NCBI GenBank assembly: GCA_963701175.1
Contig: OY969573.1
Coordinates: 385,232-449,231 of the forward strand
DNA: 64,000 nucleotides
Reading direction: 5' to 3'
Source of the DNA: an uncultured Solirubrobacteraceae bacterium
Lineage (GTDB): Bacteria > Actinomycetota > Thermoleophilia > Solirubrobacterales > Solirubrobacteraceae
The translations under genes were made by a program, and so were the position numbers. Of this stretch, positions 39,459-51,435 are shown in pieces (position 1 is the stretch's first letter; every line of letters starts with the position of its first letter). The notes beneath the pieces were generated by a model that saw only the letters and a program-made list of their open reading frames with translations, was not told the origin of the DNA and made no database searches.

Positions 39459-40102
39459 GCGGCGCTCCACAGGGCCTCCTCGGCGAACAGCCTCGGGACG
39501 CCGGCGACCTGCACCGTGAACAGCGTCACCAGGTGCGTACCGGAGCGGGGAGCGTGGGCCGCGACGGGGTCCTCGAACAGGACCGCGAGCGCGTTGTGGC
39601 TGTCCGCCACCACCAGCCGACCGGCCGGCAGCAGCTGGCCGCCCCGGGCCGCTCCGAGCCGCTCGCCCTCGACGCTCTCCCGGATCCCGGGCGGGCCGTC
39701 GAGTGTCTCGGTGGCGAGCGCCCACACCGGCACACCGGTGTCGGCGAGGGCGATCAGCAGCACGTCGGCGAGCAGCCCCCCGGTGGGGAACCCGCCCCGG
39801 ATCATCCGTTCGAGCACCGCCGTCTCGATCGGCGTGCGCACGACGTCGGGGTCCAGGCCGATGTGGCGGAAGAAGACGCGGTAGGCCGCCGGCACCGGCT
39901 CGAGGCGGATGCTCACCGCGCGCGCTCCCCTGAATCGGCTCGAGCGCTCCCGCAGGCGGTGGCGGATGTCGGGCGGGGAGGCCCCGGTGAGGGAGCCCCG
40001 GCGGGCGACCTCGACGTCGGCGAGGAGCAGTCTCAGCGAGGGCAGCTCCTGCACCACCTCGGGCGCCCGCCAGCCGACGGTGGGTGCCGCGGCGCCGCTC
40101 AC
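39437..40102 (-). CDS. B3/B4 (PheT-like) domain protein
   Basis: AYRVFFRHIGLDPD..RTPIE, LLADVLLIA..DTGVP, LVVAD motifs. Confidence 0.75.
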   Translation of the reverse strand: MSGAAAPTVGWRAPEVVQELPSLRLLLADVEVARRGSLTGASPPDIRHRLRERSSRFRGARAVSIRLEPVPAAYRVFFRHIGLDPDVVRTPIETAVLERMIRGGFPTGGLLADVLLIALADTGVPVWALATETLDGPPGIRESVEGERLGAARGGQLLPAGRLVVADSHNALAVLFEDPVAAHAPRSGTHLVTLFTVQVAGVPRLFAEEALWSAASALEVP

Positions 40103-40157
40103 GGGACCGCGCCCGGGTCCACGACCCGCCGGCCCCGGCTCCGGGGGGTCGCGCCGC

Positions 40158-40960
40158 TCACGCGCCCGCCGCTCCGTGCCAACCGCGCTCCCGTGAGGCC
40201 GCCACCAGGGACGCGACCCGCGAGCGCAGCGCCGCCGCGGTGGGGGTGGCGAGCAGCGCCCGGCTCTGCACCCTTCCTCCCGGGTAGGCGAAGTCGACCT
40301 GGGGGCAGCTGAGGACTTTGTAGAGCGAGGCCAGCGCGCCGTCGGCGTCGATCCCGACCGGCAGCGTGAGGCCGTCGCGGGCGATCAGGTGGCGCAGGTC
40401 CGAGCGGCTGCCCTTGATCGAGACGGCCGCGAACTGGACCCCCGGGAAGGAGCCTTTGAGCGCCTGCATCTCGCCGAGCACCCGCGGGCAGGAGCGTTCG
40501 TTGACGAACATCGCCAGCACCAGCGGGCCGCGTTCGACGAGCTGGCAGACGTTGAGGACCTGGCTCCCGCGCACGGTGCACGCCGGCACGTTGCCCGATT
40601 CGCCTTCGTGTGCGTGCCTGGCGATGTTCGCGTCGCCCTTCAGCGTGCCGCTCGCGAGCGGCACCGCGAACGGTGGCACCTGCTTCCCGGGTTCGATGCC
40701 CCGGAGTTCGCTCGGATCGTGCAGCAGCGAGGTTGCGATCAGTGCCACCAGCGCGACGACGGCCACGATCCCCAGCAGGGGGCCCTGGCGCAGGCTGCTG
40801 CGGGTCAGCCGGCCGCGATCCCGGCCGGTCCCCCCGGTCCGCTCCGGCCGCGGCCGTCACGGCCACCTCCACGCCCACCCGACCCGCCGGCGCCGTCCCG
40901 ATCCGTGCCGGCGGGGTCGACGGCCCGCTTGCCCAGGAACAGCCGCTCACGCGGGCTCAT
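40158..40960 (-). CDS. membrane-anchored thioredoxin-fold protein; probable frameshift in a G6 run at 40830-40835
   Basis: PPFAVP, LPVGIDADG, CPQVDF; the ATG at 40960 overlapping the MMPL stop is one base out of frame with the 202-aa body. Confidence 0.6.
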
Positions 40961-43676
40961 GTCCGGAACCCGCCGCTCGGGCGCCGAAGCCCACCCGCGC
41001 CAACAGCCCGCCCGGAGCGACCGAGCGTCGCAGGGGCCGGCGCTCCGGGCTCCCGTAGGCGACCATCAGGGCCGCCGGAAGGGCGATCAGCACCCCCAGC
41101 AGCGAGGCGCTGAGGTCGATCAGGGTGACCAGTCCGAACTGGCGCAGCATCTCGATTTCCGACAGCGCCAGCACGCCGAAGCCGGCGATCGCGGTGACGG
41201 CCGAGGCGGCCACGGCGGCGCCGGTGCGCTCGTAGGCGCGTCGCAGCGCCTGCACCGTGGAGAGGCCGGCCAGACGCTCCTGACGATGGCGCTCGGACAG
41301 CAGCACGCTGAACTCCGTCGAGAGGGCCACCACCAGCACCCCGAGCGTGACCGACATCGGGTTCAGCGGGACCCTCACGGCGAACAGGATCAGCGCCGAC
41401 CAGCCGGAGGCGAGCGCGACCGGGACGAGCGGGACGAGCACCCGCCGGCGGTCGCCGCGGAACGCCACCGCCAGCACCAGCGCGACCGCCAGCAGACCGG
41501 CCAGGAGCCCGAGCAGGCGTCGCCAGGGGTCGGCCACCTTCGCCCCCGAGCTGGACGCCAGCACCGGCAGGCCCACGAGGCTGGCGGTGACACCCGCGGG
41601 CGGGTGCAGGCGCGAGCGCATCGCTTCGATCACCCGCTGCTCCTGGGAGAGGCTCATCAGGCGCACCCCGAAGGCGAGCGTGGCCTCGCGGTGGTCGCCG
41701 GTGATCACGTCCTGGGAGAAGTACGGCGGGATCACCTTCAAGAGCCCTTCCACCTGGCCCGAGCTCAGCTTGCCGGTGCCGGAGCTCCCGGCGCTCTCCC
41801 CCGAGAACAGGTCCGGCAGCGAGAAGGCCGGGCACAGTCGCGCCTTCCCGCAGCCGTGGGAGGAGTTGAAGCCGAAGTGCGAGAGCACCGCCCGCTCGTA
41901 GGAGCTCATCCATTCGATCGTCGCCGGCCGTGCGACGTCGCTGCCGGATACGAGCAGGTCGATTTCCCCGCCCACGCCGCTGGTGTGCTCGAGCGTCTGC
42001 AGCGCCTGCAGCGAGCCGAGGTTCTGGGGGACGAGCTTGGTGATGTCGGTCTGGACGCTCGTCTGGGTATCCAGCGCCCACCCCGCCAGCGCGAGCACCA
42101 GCCCGATCCACAGCACCCGCCGGGGATGGCGCACGGCGCTCCCGAGTGCGACCCCCGACAGACCCCGCGTGAGCGGGTTGTCGCGCAGCAGCGTCCGGGC
42201 GCCCCGCCAGCTCGCTCCCAGCGGCCCCCGGGAGAGCGACGCGCGAGCGCCACCGAGCCGCCCGGAGGCGTTCGCGTCCCGACCGGCGCCGGCTTCGTCG
42301 CGCCGGCAGCTCAGCGCGAGTGCCGCGGCCCCCGCGGTGAGGGTCGACAGCAGGGCCAGGGCGAGGCCGACGACCAGCAGCACCGCGAAGCCCTGGACCA
42401 TCGGCACCGGGGAGAGCAGCAGCACCAGGATCGCGGCGCCGCTGGCCGCGGCGGCGGTCGCGATCGTGGGGGCGCCCCGCGCGGCGGCGCGGGCGATGCG
42501 GGCCGCCGGGTCGCCGGGCACGGGCTCGCTCTCCCCCACCCGCGCCTGGAACTGGATCGCGTAGTCGACCGACAACCCCACCAGCACCGGAAGCACGGCG
42601 ATCGAGGCCATCGTCAACGGCGCCCCCACCAGCGCCAGGGCGCCGAAGGTCAGCGCCGTGGCCAGCCCCGCCAGCGCCAGCGGCAGCAGCCGGGGGCGCT
42701 CGGTGAAGACCAGCACGAGCGTCGCCGCCATCACGACCGCGACCGCCACCAGCAGCAGCAGGATCGCGTGCGAGAGCTTGCTGGTGAGGTCCCCGACGAC
42801 GACCGGCCCACCGGTGACGAGGTAGCTCTCGCCGTTGGCCAGGTGCCACTGGGGCATCGCCACCGCTTCCCGCACGAGGGCGATCGTGCGGTCCCTGCGG
42901 GCCTGGGAGAGCCCGGCCTTCATCCGCACCGACACCAGCGCCGCTTCGCGCCCCGGAAACAGGTAGGCCAGCTTTGCCCGCGGCGTGCCGGCGGGCTTTT
43001 CGGGGGCGAACACCAGCGAGGAGACGAAGTTCGTGTCCTGCAGGCTCGGCTTCGAGGTCAGCCCGTACTGCAGCGCGAGCGTGACGATCCCCTCCTGGAA
43101 GCGGGCCATCCAGATCTGCCGCGCCTGGCGGCCGAGTTCCGCCGCCCGCGCCGCCCCCAGCCCCCTCGCGAGGGCGGCCTGCGAGACCACATGGGCGGCC
43201 TCGGCGGCCTGGGCTTCGGCGCTCTTGGTCTGGCTTGCCAGCTGTTCGTCGATCACTTCGGTGGCCTCGTTGACGAACGTGCCGGGGCCGAACACGACCT
43301 TGATCGTGTGCGCCGCGGCGAGCTTGCCGCATGGTCCCGAGACCCCGCCCTCGGCGGGCAGCGCGGATGCCGGGACGTTCCCGGACAGGCACCCCTCGAG
43401 CCCGAGCAGGCGCTCGAGGTCCGAGCTCAGCACGAGCTTCTGCAGGTTGCCCTTGACGAGCACCTCGATCGGTTCTTCGCCAAAGCCGCGGTAGTAGCGC
43501 TGGGTCTGGCGGTATTCGCTGCTCGAGCTCGACACCAGCGTGCTGGCCGCGGCGCTGGGCCGCAGCGACAACGCGAGCGCGACGGCGCCCGCCGCCAGCA
43601 GGATCGCCACCGGCAGGACAACCCGTGGCCGCCTCGCGGCGCCCCCCGCGAGCGCGGACAGCAGCCGGGAGCTCAC
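40947..43676 (-). CDS. MMPL/RND-family transporter
   Basis: two periplasmic-loop plus TM halves, GLSVDYAIQ, LSTEFSVLL, FGLVT; GTG 43676 overlaps the ATPase stop. Confidence 0.88.
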   Translation of the reverse strand: MSSRLLSALAGGAARRPRVVLPVAILLAAGAVALALSLRPSAAASTLVSSSSSEYRQTQRYYRGFGEEPIEVLVKGNLQKLVLSSDLERLLGLEGCLSGNVPASALPAEGGVSGPCGKLAAAHTIKVVFGPGTFVNEATEVIDEQLASQTKSAEAQAAEAAHVVSQAALARGLGAARAAELGRQARQIWMARFQEGIVTLALQYGLTSKPSLQDTNFVSSLVFAPEKPAGTPRAKLAYLFPGREAALVSVRMKAGLSQARRDRTIALVREAVAMPQWHLANGESYLVTGGPVVVGDLTSKLSHAILLLLVAVAVVMAATLVLVFTERPRLLPLALAGLATALTFGALALVGAPLTMASIAVLPVLVGLSVDYAIQFQARVGESEPVPGDPAARIARAAARGAPTIATAAAASGAAILVLLLSPVPMVQGFAVLLVVGLALALLSTLTAGAAALALSCRRDEAGAGRDANASGRLGGARASLSRGPLGASWRGARTLLRDNPLTRGLSGVALGSAVRHPRRVLWIGLVLALAGWALDTQTSVQTDITKLVPQNLGSLQALQTLEHTSGVGGEIDLLVSGSDVARPATIEWMSSYERAVLSHFGFNSSHGCGKARLCPAFSLPDLFSGESAGSSGTGKLSSGQVEGLLKVIPPYFSQDVITGDHREATLAFGVRLMSLSQEQRVIEAMRSRLHPPAGVTASLVGLPVLASSSGAKVADPWRRLLGLLAGLLAVALVLAVAFRGDRRRVLVPLVPVALASGWSALILFAVRVPLNPMSVTLGVLVVALSTEFSVLLSERHRQERLAGLSTVQALRRAYERTGAAVAASAVTAIAGFGVLALSEIEMLRQFGLVTLIDLSASLLGVLIALPAALMVAYGSPERRPLRRSVAPGGLLARVGFGARAAGSGHEPA

Positions 43677-44521
43677 TCCATTCCGAGGGGGCCCACCGAT
43701 TCGCCGGAGAGGAACTGGCGCACGAACGGGTTTTCCGATGCAAACAGATCCTGGGCGGGCCCGGATTCGACGATTCTCCCCTTCCACAGCACCGAGATGT
43801 GCTCGGCCACCCGGCGGGCGCTCATGATGTCGTGGGTGATGACGACGTAGCAGCCCCCGTTCTCGGCGTGGACCTCCTTGATCAGCTCGCACAGCAACGC
43901 CGTGCGGACCGGGTCGAGGCCCGAGTCGGGCTCGTCGAAGAGCAGGATCTCAGGGTCCAGCACCAGCGCCCGCGCGAACCCGGCCCGCTTGCGCATCCCG
44001 CCGGAGAGCTCGTTGGGCATCTTCTCGTTGGCGTCCCCGAGGCCCACCTCGTTGAGGCGTCGATTGACGATCTCGGCGATCTCGTCCTCGCCCTTCTCGG
44101 TGTGCTGGCGCAGCGGGAAGGCGACGTTGTCGTACAGGCTCAACGACCCGAACAGGGCCCCGTCCTGGAACAGCACGCCGAATTTCCGCCGCAGCGTGAA
44201 CAGCTCGTTGTCGCTCAGGCTCGGGATCGAGTGGCCTTTGACGATCACGTCGCCCTCATCGGGGTACAGCAGCCCGACGATGTGCTTGATGCACACCGAC
44301 TTGCCCGTCCCGGAGGGGCCGATGATCATCGAGATCTTGCCCTCGGGGAGCCCCATGTTCAGCCCACGCAGGACGTGGTTTTTGCCGAACGACTTGTGGA
44401 CGTCGACGAACTCGATCGCGTCCGGCACACCGGTCTCGCGGATCACGCCGGTGTGGAACTCGAAGTTCTCCCCGCCGCCGTCCCCGTCGGAGGGGGAACG
44501 CTGGCGCTCCTCGGTGGCCAT
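43673..44521 (-). CDS. mkl: Mkl/MlaF-type ABC ATPase
   Basis: GPSGTGKS, FQDGALF, LSGGMRKR, DEPDSGLDP. Confidence 0.9.
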   Translation of the reverse strand: MATEERQRSPSDGDGGGENFEFHTGVIRETGVPDAIEFVDVHKSFGKNHVLRGLNMGLPEGKISMIIGPSGTGKSVCIKHIVGLLYPDEGDVIVKGHSIPSLSDNELFTLRRKFGVLFQDGALFGSLSLYDNVAFPLRQHTEKGEDEIAEIVNRRLNEVGLGDANEKMPNELSGGMRKRAGFARALVLDPEILLFDEPDSGLDPVRTALLCELIKEVHAENGGCYVVITHDIMSARRVAEHISVLWKGRIVESGPAQDLFASENPFVRQFLSGESVGPLGME

Positions 44522-44529
44522 CGAGCCTC

Positions 44530-45330
44530 CTAGCCGCCGATCGGGGCGCGCGCGTTGTTGCCCCAGAAGACCTGTGTCCCGAACATATCGATCAGGTTAA
44601 CGAGCACGAGATTGAGCACCATCGACTTGGCCGTCGCGCGACCCACGCCGACGGGGCCGCCACTTGCGTTGTATCCGTAGTAGCAGCCCACGAGCACGAT
44701 GCAGGTCGCCATCGTCATGCCCTTGATCACGCTGAAGAGGTAGTCGCCCGGGTTCTGGAACTGCCAGAAGATCAGCAGGAACCCTCCTTCGGAGACGTAC
44801 CCGACCTGGTGCACGATCGCTATGTAGGAGGCTAAGTAGCCGACCCCCACCGCCGCGATGTACATGAACGGCAGCACCAGCCACGCCGCTGCCAGGCGGG
44901 TCGCGCACAGGAAGGTCATCGAGTTGATCCCCATCACCTCGAGCGCGTCGATCTCGTCGGAGATGCGCATCGCCCCCAGCTCGGCCACGATCCCGGTGCC
45001 GACCTTCGCCGAGAGCATGTACCCCCACACGATCGGGACGGCCTCCCGCAGGTTGCACCAGGCGGCGAACACGCCGGAGTAGGCGGGAGTGCCGGTGGAC
45101 TCGTTGAAGTAGGCGGCCTCGATCCCGCAGGTGCCCAGGCCGGTGATGAACACCAGGGCCCAGATCACGAGCGTGGAGTAGATGATCAGGATCCCCGCCT
45201 GGCGGAGGGTCTCCCCGAAGAAGTGGAACGCCTGCCCGGTCCACACATCGCGGATGACGGTTCCGGCAAAGCGGGCGATCTCGCCGGTCCCGGCGAGCCA
45301 TTCCCGCGGCATGCCAAGGAGTTCGCCCAT
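44530..45330 (-). CDS. yrbE: MlaE/YrbE permease B
   Basis: SAKVGTGIVAELGAMRISDEIDALEVMG; GYNASGGPVGVG. Confidence 0.9.
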   Translation of the reverse strand: MGELLGMPREWLAGTGEIARFAGTVIRDVWTGQAFHFFGETLRQAGILIIYSTLVIWALVFITGLGTCGIEAAYFNESTGTPAYSGVFAAWCNLREAVPIVWGYMLSAKVGTGIVAELGAMRISDEIDALEVMGINSMTFLCATRLAAAWLVLPFMYIAAVGVGYLASYIAIVHQVGYVSEGGFLLIFWQFQNPGDYLFSVIKGMTMATCIVLVGCYYGYNASGGPVGVGRATAKSMVLNLVLVNLIDMFGTQVFWGNNARAPIGG

Positions 45331-46137
45331 CTATTTGATGACCAGGATCTGGGGGTGGGTGGCGAGCAGCGTCTGCGTGAACACGTAGTTGAAGGCGCCG
45401 ATGCCGAGGAACGAGACAACGACGGCTTCGTTGACCGCCCGGCCGACCCCCTCGGCGCCCCCGGAGGCGGTCATGCCCTTGTAACAGCAGACGATCGCGA
45501 TGATGGCCCCGAAGACCGTCGTCTTCAGCACCGACCCCCACAGGTCGGTGACGGACGAGTTCGCGAACAGGGTGTTCCAGAACGGCCCCAGCGAGCCACC
45601 CTCGTAGAGCTCGGCGAGCAGGCCGCCGAAGAGGCCGAACAACACCGCGTAGATGTCGAACAGGCCGGTGACCACCATCAGCGTCAGGAAGCGGGGCACG
45701 ACCAGGTTCTTGACCGGGTCGACGCCCAGCACCTGAAGGGCGTCGAGCTCCTCGCGCACCTTGCGGGCGCCGAGGTCGGCGGTGATCGCCGTCCCGGCCA
45801 CCCCCGCCAACACGATCGAGGTCACCAGCGGACCGATTTCGCGGATCGACGCCAGCACGAAGAAGCCACCGAGGCGGTCCAGGGCTCCGAACAGCGTGAG
45901 GAAGTCGCCCGCCTGGAGCCCCGGGGCCCCGTAGCTGATGGCGACCGTGGAGATCAGCAGCGGCAGCCAGCACAGCCGCAGCGTGAACAGGAACTGCGAT
46001 ACGAACTCGCCGCCGTAGGGGTAGGGCGGGGACAGCGCCGACCAGATCGTCTTGCCCGTCAGGATCATCATGTCCCCGAATTCCTCGAGCACATGGCTGA
46101 CGGGCACAAAGGCCCGCTGGGCAGCGGTGCGAACCAT
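45331..46137 (-). CDS. yrbE: MlaE/YrbE permease A
   Basis: REIGP, AGTAITADLGARKVREELDALQVLG, SGGAEGVG. Confidence 0.9.
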   Translation of the reverse strand: MVRTAAQRAFVPVSHVLEEFGDMMILTGKTIWSALSPPYPYGGEFVSQFLFTLRLCWLPLLISTVAISYGAPGLQAGDFLTLFGALDRLGGFFVLASIREIGPLVTSIVLAGVAGTAITADLGARKVREELDALQVLGVDPVKNLVVPRFLTLMVVTGLFDIYAVLFGLFGGLLAELYEGGSLGPFWNTLFANSSVTDLWGSVLKTTVFGAIIAIVCCYKGMTASGGAEGVGRAVNEAVVVSFLGIGAFNYVFTQTLLATHPQILVIK

Positions 46138-46193
46138 CCTCCTCTGGACTCTCCTCCGTATCCGGCGCTGACGCTGGGCTCAAACTGTACGAC

Positions 46194-46928
46194 ATGCCTG
46201 TACCCGGCGCAGCGGGCGCTGGTATGGTGGCCGGGACGGTGAGGGCGACGGGGAGAGCCTCGAAACTGCTTCCGCGTCGCTTCCGCGACGCGTCCGCCGC
46301 GCTCGCCCTCGCGGCCGCGGCGGTGTGCGTGCTCGCCGGCTGCGGCAGCGGCAGCCCCCAGACCGCCCACGAACCGGAAGCCACCTACCGCATGCGGGCG
46401 ATCCGGGTGAGCTTCCCCCGGCTCCAGGCCGTGGCCCGGCCGGTGCCGCTGGAAATCGTGCTCCGCAACGTCAGCGCCAAAACCGTCCCGACGGTGGCGG
46501 TGACGGTCGACTCGCTGACCTACAACTCCCGCTACGCCGCCCTCGCGGACCCGCGGCGGCCGATCTGGGTGATCGAACGTGGCCCCGGGGCGATCGCCAA
46601 CCCGCCCGTCGAAGGCCAGGAAGTGAGCCCCCCCGGAGGGGCCCAGACGGCGGCCACGAAGACCTGGGCCCTGGGTAGCCTCGCACCCGGGCGCAGCGCC
46701 CGCTTCGTGTGGCTGCTGGCGCCCGTGAAGCCGGGGACCTACACCCTTCACTTCGCCTACGCGGCCGGGGTCTCAGGCAAGTCCAAGGTGCGTCTGGCGG
46801 CGGGCAGCCAGCCGGGGTCGATCACCGTCCATGTCGCCGCCAAGCCCCCCGCCACGCACGTGAACCCGAAGACCGGGAAGGTCGAAGCGGGCCCGTACGT
46901 GCCGCGCTCGGAAGCCGAAAGCTCCTGA
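46194..46928 (+). CDS. lipoprotein with Ig-like fold, unknown function
   Basis: lipobox LAGC; beta-rich body; true start probably downstream of 46194. Confidence 0.65.
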   Translation: MPVPGAAGAGMVAGTVRATGRASKLLPRRFRDASAALALAAAAVCVLAGCGSGSPQTAHEPEATYRMRAIRVSFPRLQAVARPVPLEIVLRNVSAKTVPTVAVTVDSLTYNSRYAALADPRRPIWVIERGPGAIANPPVEGQEVSPPGGAQTAATKTWALGSLAPGRSARFVWLLAPVKPGTYTLHFAYAAGVSGKSKVRLAAGSQPGSITVHVAAKPPATHVNPKTGKVEAGPYVPRSEAESS

Positions 46929-47107
46929 CGCCCGGCGGCCCCCGGGGCTTGGCCGGTTGTCCAAACGGACCCGCCGGTTTTTCGCCAGGCGGAAAGATCC
47001 CCACCCCGTCCCTTCGCACTACGATTGCGCGGGGGCCCGCGTGTTCGGCTGGGTCCCACCGCCCGCGGACGCGAGCGTCCCGAAACAGGAGGAATCGGTA
47101 GAAGCCT

Positions 47108-49264
<2,157 letters not shown>

Positions 49265-49388
49265 CCCCGGGGCTTGCGGTGGCTTGCGGCTGTTAGCCGT
49301 TTGCCCTGCAAATCGAGCGGTTTTAGCTGAGAAGCGGCGCTGCCGTTTGCGGTTGCCTGCGGGCGTTGCATTGTCACCCCGTTGCCCC

Positions 49389-49937
49389 CTAGGACCAGAC
49401 GCCAGCGGCGCGCAAGGCGGCTGCCGCGAGAATCGCCAGCATCACGGAGAGTGCGCCGACATCACGCCAGCGGACGGAGCCGTGGGCCGCCTGATGGCCA
49501 GCCAGGAATGGCACAGCGACCGGAATGGCGACCAACACCATCGCGCTGCCAACGAGCCCGATCGTGATGTCCGATTTGGCCTGTGCAGTCGGGTGTCCGG
49601 TGGCAAGCACGTGGAGCGCCGCGGTCGCTCCAAGCACGGGCCAAAGCAGCAACGTGAACGCATTGAGCAGGGCAGCAAACTCGCCGCGCGAGAGGAGGTC
49701 GAAGATTTTGGCCTGGTAAACCATCGCTAGGTAGAGGACCGGGATGATCGTGGCCGTCACCTCGTAGAACGCGAGCGGGTCGCCGTGCGGGTGGGCCGCT
49801 GCGGCAGCGGCGACGGCGGCCGCTTTGGTCGCAGCGCCTACTTCATGAAGCGTCGTGATGAGCGTGCTGGGGTGCGGGTGCGCCGCCAGTCTCAGCCGCG
49901 CCAGCACCACTGACCGCGGCATCAAGAAAGGCAGCAT
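49389..49937 (-). CDS. membrane protein (3-4 TM), element cargo
   Basis: hydrophobic helices FYEVTATIIPVLYLAM etc.; 5' end overlaps the integrase tail, start uncertain. Confidence 0.6.
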   Translation of the reverse strand: MLPFLMPRSVVLARLRLAAHPHPSTLITTLHEVGAATKAAAVAAAAAAHPHGDPLAFYEVTATIIPVLYLAMVYQAKIFDLLSRGEFAALLNAFTLLLWPVLGATAALHVLATGHPTAQAKSDITIGLVGSAMVLVAIPVAVPFLAGHQAAHGSVRWRDVGALSVMLAILAAAALRAAGVWS

Positions 49938-50973
49938 CCCCTAAACCCTCGTCCATCAGGTGGACGTAAGTGCGCAGCGTGAAGCCGGGATCGGCGTGCC
50001 CCAGCCACTCTTGGACTTGCTTGACGTCCCGCCCGGCGGCGAACAGGAGCGAGGCACAGGTGTGCCGGAACGTGTGGAAGCCCACCCACTCCATGCCCAG
50101 CGCAGCCGCAGCGGGCGCCAGGACCCGCTTGCGCAGGTTGTGCGGCGCCATCGGCGTCCCGGCCTTGGTCGGCCACAGGGGCGCCTGCGGACCGCCGTAG
50201 CGCTTCCCCCGCAGCCCCAACAGCGTGGCGACCATACCCGGCGCCAGCGGGACGTCGCGCACGCTGTGGCCGGTTTTGAGGTTGCGTTCTTCGCCCTTGT
50301 AGATCTGGCGCCGCACCTTGACGTGCGGGCGTGCGCCAAGCTCCACGTCTTCCCAGCGCAGCCCTATGGCCTCGCTGATCCGCAGCCCGGTTTGCGCCAG
50401 GAATGTAAAGAACGGCCGCCACTCGGACGGCAGCGCTGCCAGCACCAGGCCAAGCTCGGCACGCGTCATGACCTTGACCTTGCTGGGGGTGGGCGCCAGG
50501 TCCAGGCTCACGCCTTGGCAGGGATTGGCCGCGATGTCGCCGTGCTGGTAGGCCGTTGCGAACAGCACCTTCAGCGCGACCATGTGGGCGCGGATGCTGG
50601 GCGTGCCGGTACCTTCCGACTGCAACTGCCCCACGAAGGCTTCAATGTCTTTCGGGCGAATGTCCTTCATGCGCTGGCGGCCAAAGAACGGGATTGCGTG
50701 CCGCTCAATGGCGCGCTTATACCCCTGCCGCGTGAAGTGCGTGATGCCACGGCTGGGCTTGCGCCCACGGTAGGTCGCCAGCCACTTTTCGGCGTAATCG
50801 TCGAATCGCGCGTTGCTGGCGGGTTGGGTCTCACCCGTGGCCCGCTTGCCCTTGGCTTCGCGCGCCTCAGTTAGCGTGCGGAATGCTTCGCGGTGTTGTT
50901 TGCCCCGGTCGTACCACGTGATGACGAAGCGGCCACCCCGTTTGTAGATGCCGGGGTACTTCGTGCGTTCCAT
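49843..50973 (-). CDS. int: tyrosine recombinase / phage integrase
   Basis: GLRISE (R), FHTFRH (HxxR), LGH, LRTYVH (Y); N-terminal arm-binding and SAM-like regions; ATG 50973. Confidence 0.96.
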   Translation of the reverse strand: MERTKYPGIYKRGGRFVITWYDRGKQHREAFRTLTEAREAKGKRATGETQPASNARFDDYAEKWLATYRGRKPSRGITHFTRQGYKRAIERHAIPFFGRQRMKDIRPKDIEAFVGQLQSEGTGTPSIRAHMVALKVLFATAYQHGDIAANPCQGVSLDLAPTPSKVKVMTRAELGLVLAALPSEWRPFFTFLAQTGLRISEAIGLRWEDVELGARPHVKVRRQIYKGEERNLKTGHSVRDVPLAPGMVATLLGLRGKRYGGPQAPLWPTKAGTPMAPHNLRKRVLAPAAAALGMEWVGFHTFRHTCASLLFAAGRDVKQVQEWLGHADPGFTLRTYVHLMDEGLGDAAFLDAAVSGAGAAETGGAPAPQHAHHDAS

Positions 50974-51060
50974 TTTCGCGCCCAACTGCTTGCCTCCATT
51001 CACTTGCTGTTGCCCTGCAAGGCCGCGCGCCGCGACAGTGAGCGCACGCGCGGCTGGTGA

Positions 51061-51300
51061 CTACTCGGCCTGTGCCTGCCACGCTTTGATGAGCTTTTTC
51101 ACAGCCGGGTCGGTGAGCGACGGCCAGCGGTAGCGGCTGCCGAATCCCACGCCCAGATCTTGCGCCCGCAAGAACTTGCGGACCTCGCGCGGGTCCGCGC
51201 CGAGCTTGCTAGCGAGCTCTTTGACGCCGATCCCGCCCTCCGTAGCGGCCTTTGCGGCCTTAGTTGCGGTGCTGGGCTTGGCGGTAGCTGTAGCGGGCAT
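51061..51300 (-). CDS. small basic HTH-like DNA-binding protein
   Basis: 79 aa, IGVKELASKLGADPREVRKFLR; strong SD AGGAGG. Confidence 0.75.
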   Translation of the reverse strand: MPATATAKPSTATKAAKAATEGGIGVKELASKLGADPREVRKFLRAQDLGVGFGSRYRWPSLTDPAVKKLIKAWQAQAE

Positions 51301-51435
51301 GTGTGCCTCCTGTGTTTTGTGGTGAATTGGCTTGCTGTGGGCAAACCTACGACAAGCCGCTTCACACTCCCAAGGAAGACTTAGGTTGCGTATCCCTAAC
51401 CGGGACCTTTGTGATTTCGCCTCACAATCGAGCCG

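Noticed and set aside
47020-47107. Glutamine riboswitch or GlnR box upstream of GSIII
   Set aside because: Only a TACGAT -10 and a short hairpin (GGACGC/GCGTCC) are visible; no convincing glnA-motif or GTnAC-n6-GTnAC match.
49284-49730. Plus-strand 148-aa ORF after GSIII
   Set aside because: Runs through the att arm repeats and antisense to the membrane cargo gene; no SD or recognisable motif.
51408-51428. TGTGA-N7-TCACA as a CRP site
   Set aside because: CRP needs a 6-bp spacer; the half-sites fit the element's own ATTGT(C/G)A motif better.
51330-51430. c-di-GMP or other known riboswitch upstream of the 79-aa gene
   Set aside because: Could not match the conserved cores by eye; an Rfam scan is needed.
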